Positions 28,238-38,255 of a stretch of DNA of 64,000 nt are shown one piece after another. The position numbers and the translations under genes are program-made. The notes below the pieces were generated by a model. That model was not told the origin of the DNA. It saw only the letters and a list, made by a program, of their open reading frames with translations, and made no database searches. The DNA is from Tepidisphaera sp. (GTDB taxonomy: Bacteria; Planctomycetota; Phycisphaerae; Phycisphaerales; UBA1924), in NCBI GenBank assembly GCA_050916045.1, contig CP051526.1:32001-96000 (forward strand). The letters are read 5' to 3'. Position 1 is the first letter of the stretch. Each line of letters begins with the position of its first letter.

Positions 28238-28642
28238 ATGGCCGAACACGTGTACCGTCCGCAATCGTCCGCCGCCTCAACCCCGTCGCAATCCTCGGGG
28301 TTGCCGCCCATCGGCGTCGCTCCGCCGCCCGCTCCCGCGAGCGGCGGGCACGCCGTTGAGGAGGTCAAGCCCAAGATCCACGGGTTTGCAAGCGGCCGGC
28401 CCACCGAATCCGTCGAGTCCCGTTGGAAACGTCCGCTTCAGAAATCCGGCACCGGCGCAACGCACGTTCGCACGTTCTCCGGAAGCCTGACGGCCCACGG
28501 GCTTGAGTATCTCGACCGCCACATCAACGAGTGGCTCGACGCGCACCCGGAAGCCGAGGTGAAGTTCGCGACGCTCCAAGTCGGCGATATGCCGACGGCG
28601 ACGGGCCGCGAACCGGCGCTCATCGCGCAGGTCTGGATTTGA
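28238..28642 (+). CDS. Hypothetical protein
   Basis: RBS ggggagg; Pro/Ser-rich N-terminus, then globular GATHVRTF...LDRHINEWLDAHP. Confidence 0.7.
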   Translation: MAEHVYRPQSSAASTPSQSSGLPPIGVAPPPAPASGGHAVEEVKPKIHGFASGRPTESVESRWKRPLQKSGTGATHVRTFSGSLTAHGLEYLDRHINEWLDAHPEAEVKFATLQVGDMPTATGREPALIAQVWI

Positions 28643-28721
28643 ACGCGCCGCGGGTCAGAGGTGCAAACCCGGTCATCCCCGGTTCACCCGATCGCGACTC
28701 GCGCTCAGTACACTGCTGCTC

Positions 28722-29837
28722 ATGAGGTTCTGGTCTCGGATGGTGATTGTCGCGGCGTCCGCAGCGGCGAGCTTGGCTCTCGCGGGGTGCGTCGCCGCGC
28801 CCGCGCCCAGGCTTCGTCTTGGCTCCATGCCCTTCACGGGGTTTATGACGCTTTACTCCCAAGCCGACACGCGTGAACTCGGCGTGCATCGGTACGGACC
28901 TTGGTGGGACCGAATCGCGGGCCCGTCGGAATCCGGCCGCGGCACGATGTACTCCTGTTCCGTCGGATTCCTCGACCTCTCGCACATCCGCGAGTACATG
29001 GACTGGACGAAGTATGTCCACGACCGCCTTCGCGAGCGTCTGCGCGCGGAAGAGCCGCTTGCCGCTCCGGCGGAATTCTCGTGGACGAATGGCGACTTTG
29101 TGCTGACGGTCACCCCGCCGGCATGGCTTGCCACGCTCCCTCCGGCCGAGCGGGAAGCGGCGGTTCAGGATGCTTCGATCCGCCTCGCCCAGCGGTGCGC
29201 GGTGATCATCGCCACCTGGCACGAGATCGCGACGTGGTACGGGCACTCGACGGTCCCCGGCGTGTCAGAGAAGCGGTCGGCTTTCACGTGGGACGATACC
29301 ACCTCGCACGCGGCCGCCGCGATCATCGCCGGCCAGGCGCTTCGGTCCGCTGAACCAATGTGGGACGTCGCCGCGACGGCCGCGCTCGAGTGCCAGCTTC
29401 GATTCCTCGGCGTGCTCGACCCGGCGCAGGAGGCCCTTGCCGTCAGCATGAGCAAGGACCTGTGGTGGGCCGACAGCACGCCGCTCCGACGCGACCTGGA
29501 CACCGGCCTCGAGACCGGGTTCAAGACGCCGTGGCTCGTCCCCGGCTTGCCGTTCTGCGCGGGAGCCGTTCCCGCTCGATTGCCGGTGGAATTGCCGCCC
29601 GAGCGGTGGGGGGATGGGTCCGATCGGAGCTGGGCCGGATCCGTGCGGCTGACAATCGGCATGTCGCGGTGGCTTGCACGGCGGGTGATGGGGACGGACG
29701 AAGGACCGACGCAGACGATCGTCGACGCGGAAAGCGACATGCCCGGCATCATGGCCCGACTCCGCGAGCACGTGCTCGCCGAGTGCGGCCCCATGGGCGA
29801 CCAGCCCGACCCGCCGCCGGCTTCCGCCGCGAAGTAA
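28722..29837 (+). CDS. Lipoprotein, DUF4056-like
   Basis: Lipobox LAGC; GTMYSCSVGFLDLSHIRE; WHEIATWYG; SAFTWDD. Confidence 0.7.
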   Translation: MRFWSRMVIVAASAAASLALAGCVAAPAPRLRLGSMPFTGFMTLYSQADTRELGVHRYGPWWDRIAGPSESGRGTMYSCSVGFLDLSHIREYMDWTKYVHDRLRERLRAEEPLAAPAEFSWTNGDFVLTVTPPAWLATLPPAEREAAVQDASIRLAQRCAVIIATWHEIATWYGHSTVPGVSEKRSAFTWDDTTSHAAAAIIAGQALRSAEPMWDVAATAALECQLRFLGVLDPAQEALAVSMSKDLWWADSTPLRRDLDTGLETGFKTPWLVPGLPFCAGAVPARLPVELPPERWGDGSDRSWAGSVRLTIGMSRWLARRVMGTDEGPTQTIVDAESDMPGIMARLREHVLAECGPMGDQPDPPPASAAK

Positions 29838-29844
29838 GGCCAGT

Positions 29845-31467
29845 TCAGCGAACCAGGCCGTGCTTGCGGAGATGTTCGACCATCTGCGACTCGAACGCTT
29901 GAATCTCCGCGCTCGCGAAGATCGAGCCATGGTCGAGCTTCGGCACGATCGTGATGAAACCGGCACTCTTCGTGCCGCCCGGGGTGAGCTTCTCCACGTC
30001 CTGCTTGAGCAGCATCACCGCCTGCTCCAGGAAGAAATTGTCCTCGCTTCCGACGACGAGCCGGATGTTGTCGCGGAAGATCGGCACGAACCGGTCGGGG
30101 TCCTTGCGGAGACGGTCGGCGATGTCGTACTTCCGATACTGCTCGGCGACCTTGTGGTCGAGAAAGCCGTTGATCTGGAAGAGAGCGGCGGGGTTGCCGG
30201 CGGCGTTCCGCGGGCCGAAAACGGCGAACCACGAGTCCCACTGCTGGCCGCTCGTGTTGTCGGGACCGAGGATGTCTTCGCCCCGGGCTTCGCGCTCGAT
30301 CGTCATGACGGGCTTGTCGTTGCGACGGTAGCTGACGATCAGGTCGGAACCGCTGGGAACGTTCTCACGCGTGAGCGACTGCGGCACCTTGGCAAGTCGC
30401 GACCGAACGGCGTCCTGCTTGGTGTCAAAGGCGCCATCTAACCCGTTGTCGAGCGCGAACATCGACCGGTCCTCGTAGATATCCACAAGCTGAAACGCCC
30501 GAAAGTCCACGGGGTCCGGGCTGCTGCTCCAGCACGCGCCGAAGATCGTCGGATACTCCGTCGCGAGCCAAAGCGTGCTCCAGCCGCCGGAGGAATGGCC
30601 GCGAAGCATGCGAGCCTCGGGCTTGGCGATCAGGGGGAACTTCTTCTCGAGCGCGGGGATCAGCTCTTCGACGAGCGCCTTGCCGCACGGGCCGTTGTTC
30701 GCGGAATCCGCGAAAAGCGTGTGGCCGTTGGGGCCCTCGGGGTCGAGCACGATCCAGAACGCGCTTTCGGCCAGGTCGTCATCCTTCCCGCCGCGCCCGC
30801 GACGGCGAGCGATGCCCCGGGCTCCCTCGTCATTCCCGCCGAAGCCCGGCACCTCGTACACCGCGGCGTACGTCTTCGTCGCGTCGTAATTCTTGGGAAG
30901 CACGACGCCCGCCCGGAGCATCACATCCGTGCCGCGGAACTTGGACAGAAGCTCCGACCGCACGCTGAACCACTCGACGCCCGCCGTCGGCGGCCGCTTG
31001 TTCTCGCCCGTGACCGCGTCGAGATTCAGCTCGACCGACGCGTTTTCGCCCGGGGCATTGATCTTGAGCGTCGCCTTTGCTTTCGTGTAGAGGTTGCCGG
31101 GCTCACGCTTCCATTCGCTATCGAGCCGCTTGGCGTCAAGCCGCGCCTGCACCTCGTACGTCCCCGGCTTGAGGCCATCGATCGCCGAGGGAAACGCGTC
31201 CGCGCCGTTCCCGACTTCGACGATCTGTCCCGGCTTCATGTCCTTGACGTCGATCGCGAAAAGCGGTTGCCCTTCCTCCCAGAATGGACCGTCGAGCGGC
31301 TGGGTCTCCGGCCCCAGCGTCGAGTCGGCGGACTTCATCAGCACGATGAGCCTGCCGCTGACCGGCGTCGCCCGGACGGATTCGTCGAACTTCACCCGGA
31401 CCACCGGCCCGGCAATGGCGGACGATCCGAGACCCAACGCGGCGAGCATGCAGAGTGCGGTGCGCAT
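29845..31467 (-). CDS. Secreted alpha/beta-hydrolase (putative esterase family)
   Basis: Signal peptide; DSANNGP, ELIPALE, GHSSGG nucleophile motif, SPDPVDF. Confidence 0.85.
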   Translation of the reverse strand: MRTALCMLAALGLGSSAIAGPVVRVKFDESVRATPVSGRLIVLMKSADSTLGPETQPLDGPFWEEGQPLFAIDVKDMKPGQIVEVGNGADAFPSAIDGLKPGTYEVQARLDAKRLDSEWKREPGNLYTKAKATLKINAPGENASVELNLDAVTGENKRPPTAGVEWFSVRSELLSKFRGTDVMLRAGVVLPKNYDATKTYAAVYEVPGFGGNDEGARGIARRRGRGGKDDDLAESAFWIVLDPEGPNGHTLFADSANNGPCGKALVEELIPALEKKFPLIAKPEARMLRGHSSGGWSTLWLATEYPTIFGACWSSSPDPVDFRAFQLVDIYEDRSMFALDNGLDGAFDTKQDAVRSRLAKVPQSLTRENVPSGSDLIVSYRRNDKPVMTIEREARGEDILGPDNTSGQQWDSWFAVFGPRNAAGNPAALFQINGFLDHKVAEQYRKYDIADRLRKDPDRFVPIFRDNIRLVVGSEDNFFLEQAVMLLKQDVEKLTPGGTKSAGFITIVPKLDHGSIFASAEIQAFESQMVEHLRKHGLVR

Positions 31468-31483
31468 GCCGCATCGTACCGGC

Positions 31484-33013
31484 TCAGCCCCGGCGCGTGT
31501 GCAGCTTGGTCTTGGTCTTGTCGATCACGACCGCGAGCACGATCGCCACGCCCATCACGATCTTGTTGTAGTTCGAATCCACCTCGAGCATGACCATCCC
31601 GTTGTTGATCATCTCGATCAGGATCGCGCCCAGCACCGCTCCGATCGCGGACCCGCGCCCACCCGCAAGCGACGCTCCCCCGATCACCGTCGCCGCGATC
31701 ACCTGAAGCTCAAGGCCCTTGCCCGCGCTCGGCGAAGCCGACTGCCAGTATCCCAGGTTCACCGCGGCCGAGAGGCCCGCCAGCGCCCCCGCCACCGTGT
31801 ACACCATGATCTTCGTCCGCCCGACCGGGATCCCCGCGTACATCGCGGCTTTCTCGTTGTCGCCGATCGCGAGCGTCCGCCGCCCGAGCACCATCCGCTT
31901 GAGCACGATCGTCCCCACCACCGTCGTCAGCACCATGCAGAAGACCGGCACCGGATAGACCCCGGCGAATCGGGCTTTGAAGAAGTCATCCCCGAACCCC
32001 GCCGGCACGCCCACCAGCGACTGGCTCCCCGAGAGCACGAACAGGAACCCTTCGAGCACCGCCATCATCCCAAGCGTGATGATGAACGGGTGTACGTTCA
32101 AGCCCACCGTCAAGGAGCCGTTGATCAGCCCGCACACCGCGCCCGTCGCCGCGCACACGCCAAGCCCCACCAGCAGCGCCACCGGCATCGACATCGCCAC
32201 CGGCTCCCGCGTCTGATCCGCGAACACCGCCGCGCTCAGCGCGAACAACGCCACGCCGACGACGAAAAGCACCGATCCCGACCCCGAAACGACCGAAGCC
32301 GTCGTCCACGCCGTGGTACTGGGCGACGGACCGACCTTCCGCGTCCTCGCCCGCAGGCCCAGCACGATCGCCGCGCTTGCCACCGCCCAGACCGCCGCAG
32401 CCACCACCGGCCACGCATGCCCCTTGAACGCCAGCGACGGAAGCCCGTTGTCCCACGGGTATTTGAACACGAAGATCCCGACGAACGCCGAGAGCGCCCA
32501 CACCATCCCGATCGACAGATCGATCCCGCCCATCGCGATGATCAGCGTCATCCCCACCGCCATGATGGCGATCGTGCTCGCGTTGTTCGCCAGCATCGTC
32601 AGGTTCGCGAGGTTCAGGAACCGGTTCTCCCGCACCCCGTCCACCTTCATTACCGAAGGCTGCCCGTCAGACCCCTCGATGTACCTCGGCTTGCCCGCTT
32701 CGAACGTCGCCGTCTCGGCTCCGGCTTTCACCCGAAGCTGGCCCTCTTCCGAAGCCTGAAGCGTCTTGCGCAGCGAAGCCAGGAACGCCGCATCGTCGGT
32801 CGTCACGACCCAGACGCCCTGCTGACGCACCGCCGTCGCTCCCGCGGGAAGCGCCAGATCCACCTGCGAGGTCTTGGACCCCGCGAAGGCCGCCAGCAGC
32901 CCGCCCAGCAGCAGGACCACCAGCATCAAGCCAGTTTCCGGTGCACGCAAAAGGGCTGTGCAGGACCGTACAATTTTGCCGTTCTTGGAACTCACGAGCA
33001 CCTCAACTGGCAT
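31484..33013 (-). CDS. Sugar ABC transporter permease (RbsC-like)
   Basis: GMTLIIAMGGIDLS, PFIITLG, AIGDNEKAAMYAGI, ELQVIAATVIGGASLAGGRG. Confidence 0.9.
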   Translation of the reverse strand: MPVEVLVSSKNGKIVRSCTALLRAPETGLMLVVLLLGGLLAAFAGSKTSQVDLALPAGATAVRQQGVWVVTTDDAAFLASLRKTLQASEEGQLRVKAGAETATFEAGKPRYIEGSDGQPSVMKVDGVRENRFLNLANLTMLANNASTIAIMAVGMTLIIAMGGIDLSIGMVWALSAFVGIFVFKYPWDNGLPSLAFKGHAWPVVAAAVWAVASAAIVLGLRARTRKVGPSPSTTAWTTASVVSGSGSVLFVVGVALFALSAAVFADQTREPVAMSMPVALLVGLGVCAATGAVCGLINGSLTVGLNVHPFIITLGMMAVLEGFLFVLSGSQSLVGVPAGFGDDFFKARFAGVYPVPVFCMVLTTVVGTIVLKRMVLGRRTLAIGDNEKAAMYAGIPVGRTKIMVYTVAGALAGLSAAVNLGYWQSASPSAGKGLELQVIAATVIGGASLAGGRGSAIGAVLGAILIEMINNGMVMLEVDSNYNKIVMGVAIVLAVVIDKTKTKLHTRRG

Positions 33014-33107
33014 GAAACAGCAGACCTAAAGTGATCGAGAATTCGAAAGAACAATTCAAACTCCAGCGATGCTCCCCAAGCATCTAATAAAAACTGAGAG
33101 TGGACCA

Positions 33108-34532
33108 TCAACATCCAACGCGATTGCCGAGTGAGCAATCCGACGACTGAAACGCGCGAATATAAAGGTCGTAATCAAAGAAATCCAAGAATCCGTTCAT
33201 GTCAACATCGGCGAGACAATCTCCGGATTCAAAGGCTGCAACAAAAACATCATAATCAAAGAAATCCAAGAAAAAATCCCCGTTCAAGTCAGCCATTGAA
33301 TTACAAATGTAAAGCCCAAGCTCGTTCTCGTAGTCTATGGTTCCATTGCCGTTCGTGTCGAGGATCGGCAGAAAGCCGCAATCGCCAGATCCGACCGACT
33401 GAGCATACGCGATGATTCGAAGATCGTTGTAGTCGATAACAAAATCCTCTTCCGCTCCGGGAGCGGGGCACTCAGCCGTGTCGGGATAGCACGCGAGAGG
33501 CGATCCTTGCCCTCCAAAGTCGCCCAAGCTGAAAATGTCAGAGATGTTCGCCAGAAACACAGACCATCGCTGCGGCTCAGTTTCCGAACCCTGTGTATTC
33601 ACATTGATAGTGAAGGTAGTACCTGTCGATCCGGCGTCGCGCATCCAGCCTTGTTTCCCGACGCTGCACACAGGCGATGTGCCGCCCGACTCCACGTACT
33701 CAAAATCAAAGGAGATAGTTCCGTCGTCGTAGCTCTCCGGGAACTCCGCCAAAGCCTGAATCGAATTCTCGCACGGTATCGTAGCAAGAGCGTTCGCCCA
33801 TACGCGAAGAGTGATCATAACTTCATTTGAGTAGCCAGGACCTTCAATCAGCAGCCGGTACCGCGTAGATCCATACTTCAGACTCGGTGCCGGTGCGAAA
33901 TCACAGAAATTGCACCCTGGCGAGTTGCTGCAAAAGGTATAAGCCAGGGCGTCGAAAAAGAGCTCGCCCGTAATCTGGATCTGTCCCGGGGATTCAAATA
34001 ACCAACTAGCTGAGGCACCTTTGCACCAGCTGGATGCACCGTCGTATGCGCTGGTGTACGAAGGTCCCGGTTCGCAGACCGGGATCGGCTCAGGGCCCTG
34101 ATAGCCGTGCCCCTGGCTGCCGTATCCTTGATACTGAAGGGTTACCACTTCGTTACTGAGAGTGGAGACCACTACCGCACTCGGGGAAGTGGTGCCAGGC
34201 GCGCAGGAGATAAGAGCTCGGACGTCCATTAATGTGGTTGAGGGAAAGAGGACGGAGATTGGTCCGGCCGAATCTGTGACGGTTTCTCCGCACGCCTCAG
34301 CGCCAAAACACCCGGGGATGCACACTGGGGATCTGACGAGCTTAACTGACGCGGAACCTGACGCGGAATGCTGTGGAGCTGACACGACGGGAAACGGACT
34401 TCCTGCGAGTCGAGCATTCCAACTGCCGTTGATGAAAATTCGAGCTTCGGTCTCATCCGCTCTCGCACCTCCGGTTGAGAGGATAAAGACAACCAATGTG
34501 GCGACCGATGCTAGCGGGATGGGGCGAGGCAT
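33108..34532 (-). CDS. Secreted Cys-rich protein with dockerin-like C-terminus, low-GC gene
   Basis: Signal peptide; C-terminal ADLNGDFFLDFFDYD...ADVDMNGFLDFFDYD...GC; visibly AT-richer than its flanks. Confidence 0.75.
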   Translation of the reverse strand: MPRPIPLASVATLVVFILSTGGARADETEARIFINGSWNARLAGSPFPVVSAPQHSASGSASVKLVRSPVCIPGCFGAEACGETVTDSAGPISVLFPSTTLMDVRALISCAPGTTSPSAVVVSTLSNEVVTLQYQGYGSQGHGYQGPEPIPVCEPGPSYTSAYDGASSWCKGASASWLFESPGQIQITGELFFDALAYTFCSNSPGCNFCDFAPAPSLKYGSTRYRLLIEGPGYSNEVMITLRVWANALATIPCENSIQALAEFPESYDDGTISFDFEYVESGGTSPVCSVGKQGWMRDAGSTGTTFTINVNTQGSETEPQRWSVFLANISDIFSLGDFGGQGSPLACYPDTAECPAPGAEEDFVIDYNDLRIIAYAQSVGSGDCGFLPILDTNGNGTIDYENELGLYICNSMADLNGDFFLDFFDYDVFVAAFESGDCLADVDMNGFLDFFDYDLYIRAFQSSDCSLGNRVGC

Positions 34533-34567
34533 GGCTTTGATCCTCCAAAAGGTATGGTGGCGCGGGG

Positions 34568-35602
34568 TCAGTCGATCGTCTGGACGAGACGGCTTCGATT
34601 GGCCCGGAAGGCGTTGACGGAGTTCGGGAATCGAACCGTGTCCGTGCCGAAGAAGACGTCTTGAATCGATCCGTTGAGGAGAGTCTGCGTCAGGAACTTC
34701 GCGTGCCCGTCGGTGAAGACGAACGAACCGCCATCTCGACCCCAGTTGTCGGATTTCGCGTAGTAACCGGGCTGCGTGCCGGCTTGAGTCGCGTTTTCCG
34801 CGCCCGCACCGCCGCCGCCGTAGAACGCATAGGTGGAGATATCCGGCCCGTTGGTCTCATCGCCGAAGTACGGCGGGCTGATCAGGAGCGGCTCGTCTTC
34901 CTTGAGGCCCGCGATGTACAGATAGCTGATGTTGTACGAGACGACATCTTCCTGCTTGGCCGGCGGCTTGGGGATCTTCGGCGTGGCGTTCGCGTAGTTC
35001 CGGGCGATCGGCGGCGCGTACGGCAGACCGTAATAGCGATCCTCTTTGTCCGCAGGGTTCACGAGCCATGACAGGCCATCGATGTACGCGGAAAGCAGCG
35101 GTGTTTTCCGACCGTCGATGTACCCGAAGCCCGGAGCGTCCGGATCCCCGTTTCCCGATCGATACCCGAAGTCGATGCCGTCCCCCTGCTGGTTCAGACT
35201 GAAGAACCCCGCGAGACCGCCGTACCGGTACTGCCAGTCCATCCGGTCCGTTCGAAGCACGGTCCGCTCGGGCGGGTTGCTGTCACCAGGAAAACCGGGC
35301 GGAGGGTTCGGGATGCGCACCGGCGCGACCGGGAACCAGCTCTTGTTGTCCCTCGCGTAGATCGAGTTGACCGTTCCCGCGCTCTTGAGGTTCGCCAGGT
35401 TCTTCGCACCCTGCGCCGCCAACCGGGCCTTCCCCAGCGCGGGCAAGAGCAGCGAGATCAGCACCGCGATGATCGCGATCACCACCAGAAGCTCAATCAG
35501 CGTGAACGCGCGGCCCGCGAACGCACGAGCCTTCCCGATGCGCTCCGCGACATTCCGCTCGGCGAGATTGATCCCGGCCTTTACCGATCGATGACAAGTC
35601 AT
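34568..35602 (-). CDS. Prepilin-type N-terminal cleavage/methylation protein (H-X9-DG-like)
   Basis: [31 protein letters not shown]-terminal [15 protein letters not shown]; start uncertain. Confidence 0.85.
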   Translation of the reverse strand: MTCHRSVKAGINLAERNVAERIGKARAFAGRAFTLIELLVVIAIIAVLISLLLPALGKARLAAQGAKNLANLKSAGTVNSIYARDNKSWFPVAPVRIPNPPPGFPGDSNPPERTVLRTDRMDWQYRYGGLAGFFSLNQQGDGIDFGYRSGNGDPDAPGFGYIDGRKTPLLSAYIDGLSWLVNPADKEDRYYGLPYAPPIARNYANATPKIPKPPAKQEDVVSYNISYLYIAGLKEDEPLLISPPYFGDETNGPDISTYAFYGGGGAGAENATQAGTQPGYYAKSDNWGRDGGSFVFTDGHAKFLTQTLLNGSIQDVFFGTDTVRFPNSVNAFRANRSRLVQTID

Positions 35603-36096
35603 GTCGTTGCACTCCAGGGCGAGCCCGAACGGGAGCCCATCCACCATCCTGCGCCGCGACCGCGACCGCATGATCAGTTTACGATAACGTCACGCAAAGG
35701 TGTGCGTCAATCCCTGAATTGCCGATTCTTTTCCGGAACCGCCGTGAAACAACGGGAACCGATTTCCGCGATCACGCCGGGACCGTGGCCTAACCCGAAA
35801 AGGCCCGGAAATGTGGTGAAACGTTCCGAAACGCAACGCCTCGGAAAACTGGGACCCAGCGCACCCCGCCAATCCTCGGAACCACTGGATTCTGTGCATT
35901 TTTCTAGTGACTTGCGCAATCTTTTCTTGTAGAGTGATCGAATACACCTGACTGCGGAGTCTGCTCGTCGAACGGTTCCATGCCGTCTGTAAACCGGCGC
36001 CGTTCCGATGATCCAGACCGCCTTCCAGGCAAGCGGCACGTACGACCGCCTGTCTGGAATGAACCGCGTGTCAGCCGAGAGGAACAGGAGATCAGA

Positions 36097-38091
36097 ATGA
36101 AGAAGATTGCCACACTGAGCGCTTCCGCGCTGCTCGCGCTCACCGCGGGCCAGGCCCTTGGTCAGATCACCGTCGACGGCCGCATCGCCGGCCCCGAAGC
36201 GGCCCTCTACGGCCCCGCCCGCTGGGTCCAGAACGTCCCCACCGGCTTCGGCGATAACGCCCCCCCGCCCGGCGGCTGCAACGAGAGCGACATCGGCAAC
36301 CCCGCCGCCGTCACCACCGGCATCGAGTACCGCATCCCGCTCTCCTCGATCGGCAGCCCGACCGGTAACATCCGCCTCGTCGCGGTTCTGGCCAACGGCG
36401 GCCACAGCTCCCTGACGAACCAGATCCTCCCGGCCATCCCCGGCCCCGGCGCCGCCCCGCTGGGCGTCAGCCGCACGGTCGACCTCAACAACTACGCGGG
36501 CAACCAGTTCGCGACGGTCTCCGCTTCCTCGGGCGATCTGCCCGCGGTCGACGGCACGCTCGACGCGGCGTACGGCGCCGCTCTCGCCGTCCAGGGTTCG
36601 CGCAGCAGCGCCGGCGATGACACGGACGCTTCCGCTTCGACCGCGACGGGTTCCGAGCTGAACGCGATGTACGCCGTCGTCCGCGGCGACTCGCTCTACA
36701 TCATGCTCACGGGCAACCTCAAGTCCGACTTCGGCAGCAAGATCGAGCTCTTCATCGACAACGGCGACGCCAACGGGTTCAACTCGTTCCCCGAGGGCAC
36801 GGTTCTCCCCGACGTGGACTTCAACGCTCTCCAGAACATGATCGGCAACGCCAACGGTGCCGGTCTCCGCTTTGACGTCGGGTTCAAAGCCACGCACTAC
36901 TTCACCTTCGGCGCGGGCAACGACCCCGTCCAGTACTACCCCAACATCGCCGACCTCGTGGGCGGCTTCGGCCAGTTCCTCGGCTGCAACGATGCGGGCA
37001 ACGGCTCGGGCATCCTCGCCGGCTGCGGCGGCGCGACCGAGATTGAGATCGCGGTGAACAACGCCAACACCGAGGGCGTCGGCGCGATCTGTCCCCCTGC
37101 CAACGGTGATCCGGACCGCGCGGGCGGCTCCGAGATCGACAACCTGCACGCCTACATCGCCGACGGCCAGCTCCACCTGCTCATCGGCGGCAACCTGCAG
37201 AACTCCTTCAACAAGCTCGACCTCTTCTTCGACGTCGCCAGCGGCGGTCAGAACGTCCTGCTCAACACGAACGTTGACATCGACTTCAACGGCCTGAACA
37301 ACATGTCGGGCCTCACCTTCGACGAGGGCTTCGCCGCCGACTACTGGTTCGGCTTCACCAACGGCAACGACCCCGTCGAGATGTACGGCAACGCCGCCGT
37401 GCTCCGCACCGACGGCCCCCGCACCGACTTCAACTTCAACAAGCTCGACTACGGCGCGTACGACGGCGGCCTCAAGAGCCAGAACAACCCGCTCGACTTC
37501 AACGGGCCGCAGATCAACATCCAGGACGGCTTCACCGCCAACATCTTCACCAACTTCGCCCCCCGCCTCTCTGGTGACAGCCTGTTGGTCGACCCCTTCA
37601 ACCCGGTCGGCGCGACGAATCAGATCCAGGCCACGATCGACAACTCCAACCTCCTCGGCGTGACGGACTCCAGCGCTTCGCCGGTCCTCGCCGCTCAGGT
37701 CACCACCGGCTTTGAGCTCCGGTTCGACCTCGACGAGCTCGGCTGGGACGGCTCGAGCCCCATCCGCATCGCCGGCTTCATCAACAACGGCGGTCACACG
37801 TTCCTGTCCAACCAGGTCCTCGGCGGCCTCCCCGAGGGCTCCGGCAACCTCGGCGCTCCCGCCGGCGTCAACTTCGCCAACATCGCGGGCAATCAGTACA
37901 TCGATCTGACCTCCTGCCCGGCCGACTTCAACGGCGACAACTTCCTCGACTTCTTCGACTACGACGATTACGTCAACTGCTTCGAGACCGGCACCTGCCC
38001 CGACGGCCGGACCGCCGACTTCAACGGTGACGACTTCGTCGACTTCTTCGACTATGACGCGTTCGTCGCCGCGTTCGAAACCGGCTGCTAA
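36097..38091 (+). CDS. Secreted protein with internally duplicated domain and GC-type dockerin-like tag
   Basis: RBS aggag; signal peptide MKKIATLSASALLALTAGQALG; repeated GSE(L/I)...GNL and TTG(I/F)E...NGGH..L(T/S)NQ blocks; tail CPADFNGD...ETGC. Confidence 0.85.
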   Translation: MKKIATLSASALLALTAGQALGQITVDGRIAGPEAALYGPARWVQNVPTGFGDNAPPPGGCNESDIGNPAAVTTGIEYRIPLSSIGSPTGNIRLVAVLANGGHSSLTNQILPAIPGPGAAPLGVSRTVDLNNYAGNQFATVSASSGDLPAVDGTLDAAYGAALAVQGSRSSAGDDTDASASTATGSELNAMYAVVRGDSLYIMLTGNLKSDFGSKIELFIDNGDANGFNSFPEGTVLPDVDFNALQNMIGNANGAGLRFDVGFKATHYFTFGAGNDPVQYYPNIADLVGGFGQFLGCNDAGNGSGILAGCGGATEIEIAVNNANTEGVGAICPPANGDPDRAGGSEIDNLHAYIADGQLHLLIGGNLQNSFNKLDLFFDVASGGQNVLLNTNVDIDFNGLNNMSGLTFDEGFAADYWFGFTNGNDPVEMYGNAAVLRTDGPRTDFNFNKLDYGAYDGGLKSQNNPLDFNGPQINIQDGFTANIFTNFAPRLSGDSLLVDPFNPVGATNQIQATIDNSNLLGVTDSSASPVLAAQVTTGFELRFDLDELGWDGSSPIRIAGFINNGGHTFLSNQVLGGLPEGSGNLGAPAGVNFANIAGNQYIDLTSCPADFNGDNFLDFFDYDDYVNCFETGTCPDGRTADFNGDDFVDFFDYDAFVAAFETGC

Positions 38092-38125
38092 AGCCGCTCT
38101 TCAGTTTCAGCACGCAATGCCTTCC

Positions 38126-38162
38126 GAGCCGGGCCCGAACACGCGGGCCCGGCTTGTTTTTT
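38126..38162 (+). terminator. Intrinsic terminator
   Basis: Stem gagccgggcccg/cgggcccggctt plus gtttttt. Confidence 0.8.
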
Positions 38163-38255
38163 CATTCCCCGCGGGCCGCGGCCCCCGCCGAAATCCAGTC
38201 GGCCCTTCCCCTTAGAATGGTCCGTCACCCCTGTCCCACCTGCCGGAGCTTCGCC

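Noticed and set aside
35707..37797. 696-aa antisense ORF (also 31094-33034 +, 52296-53966 +, 13590-14939 -, 20626-22080 + and many others)
   Set aside because: Shadow ORFs opposite well-supported genes; expected from high GC and strong codon bias; no recognisable motifs
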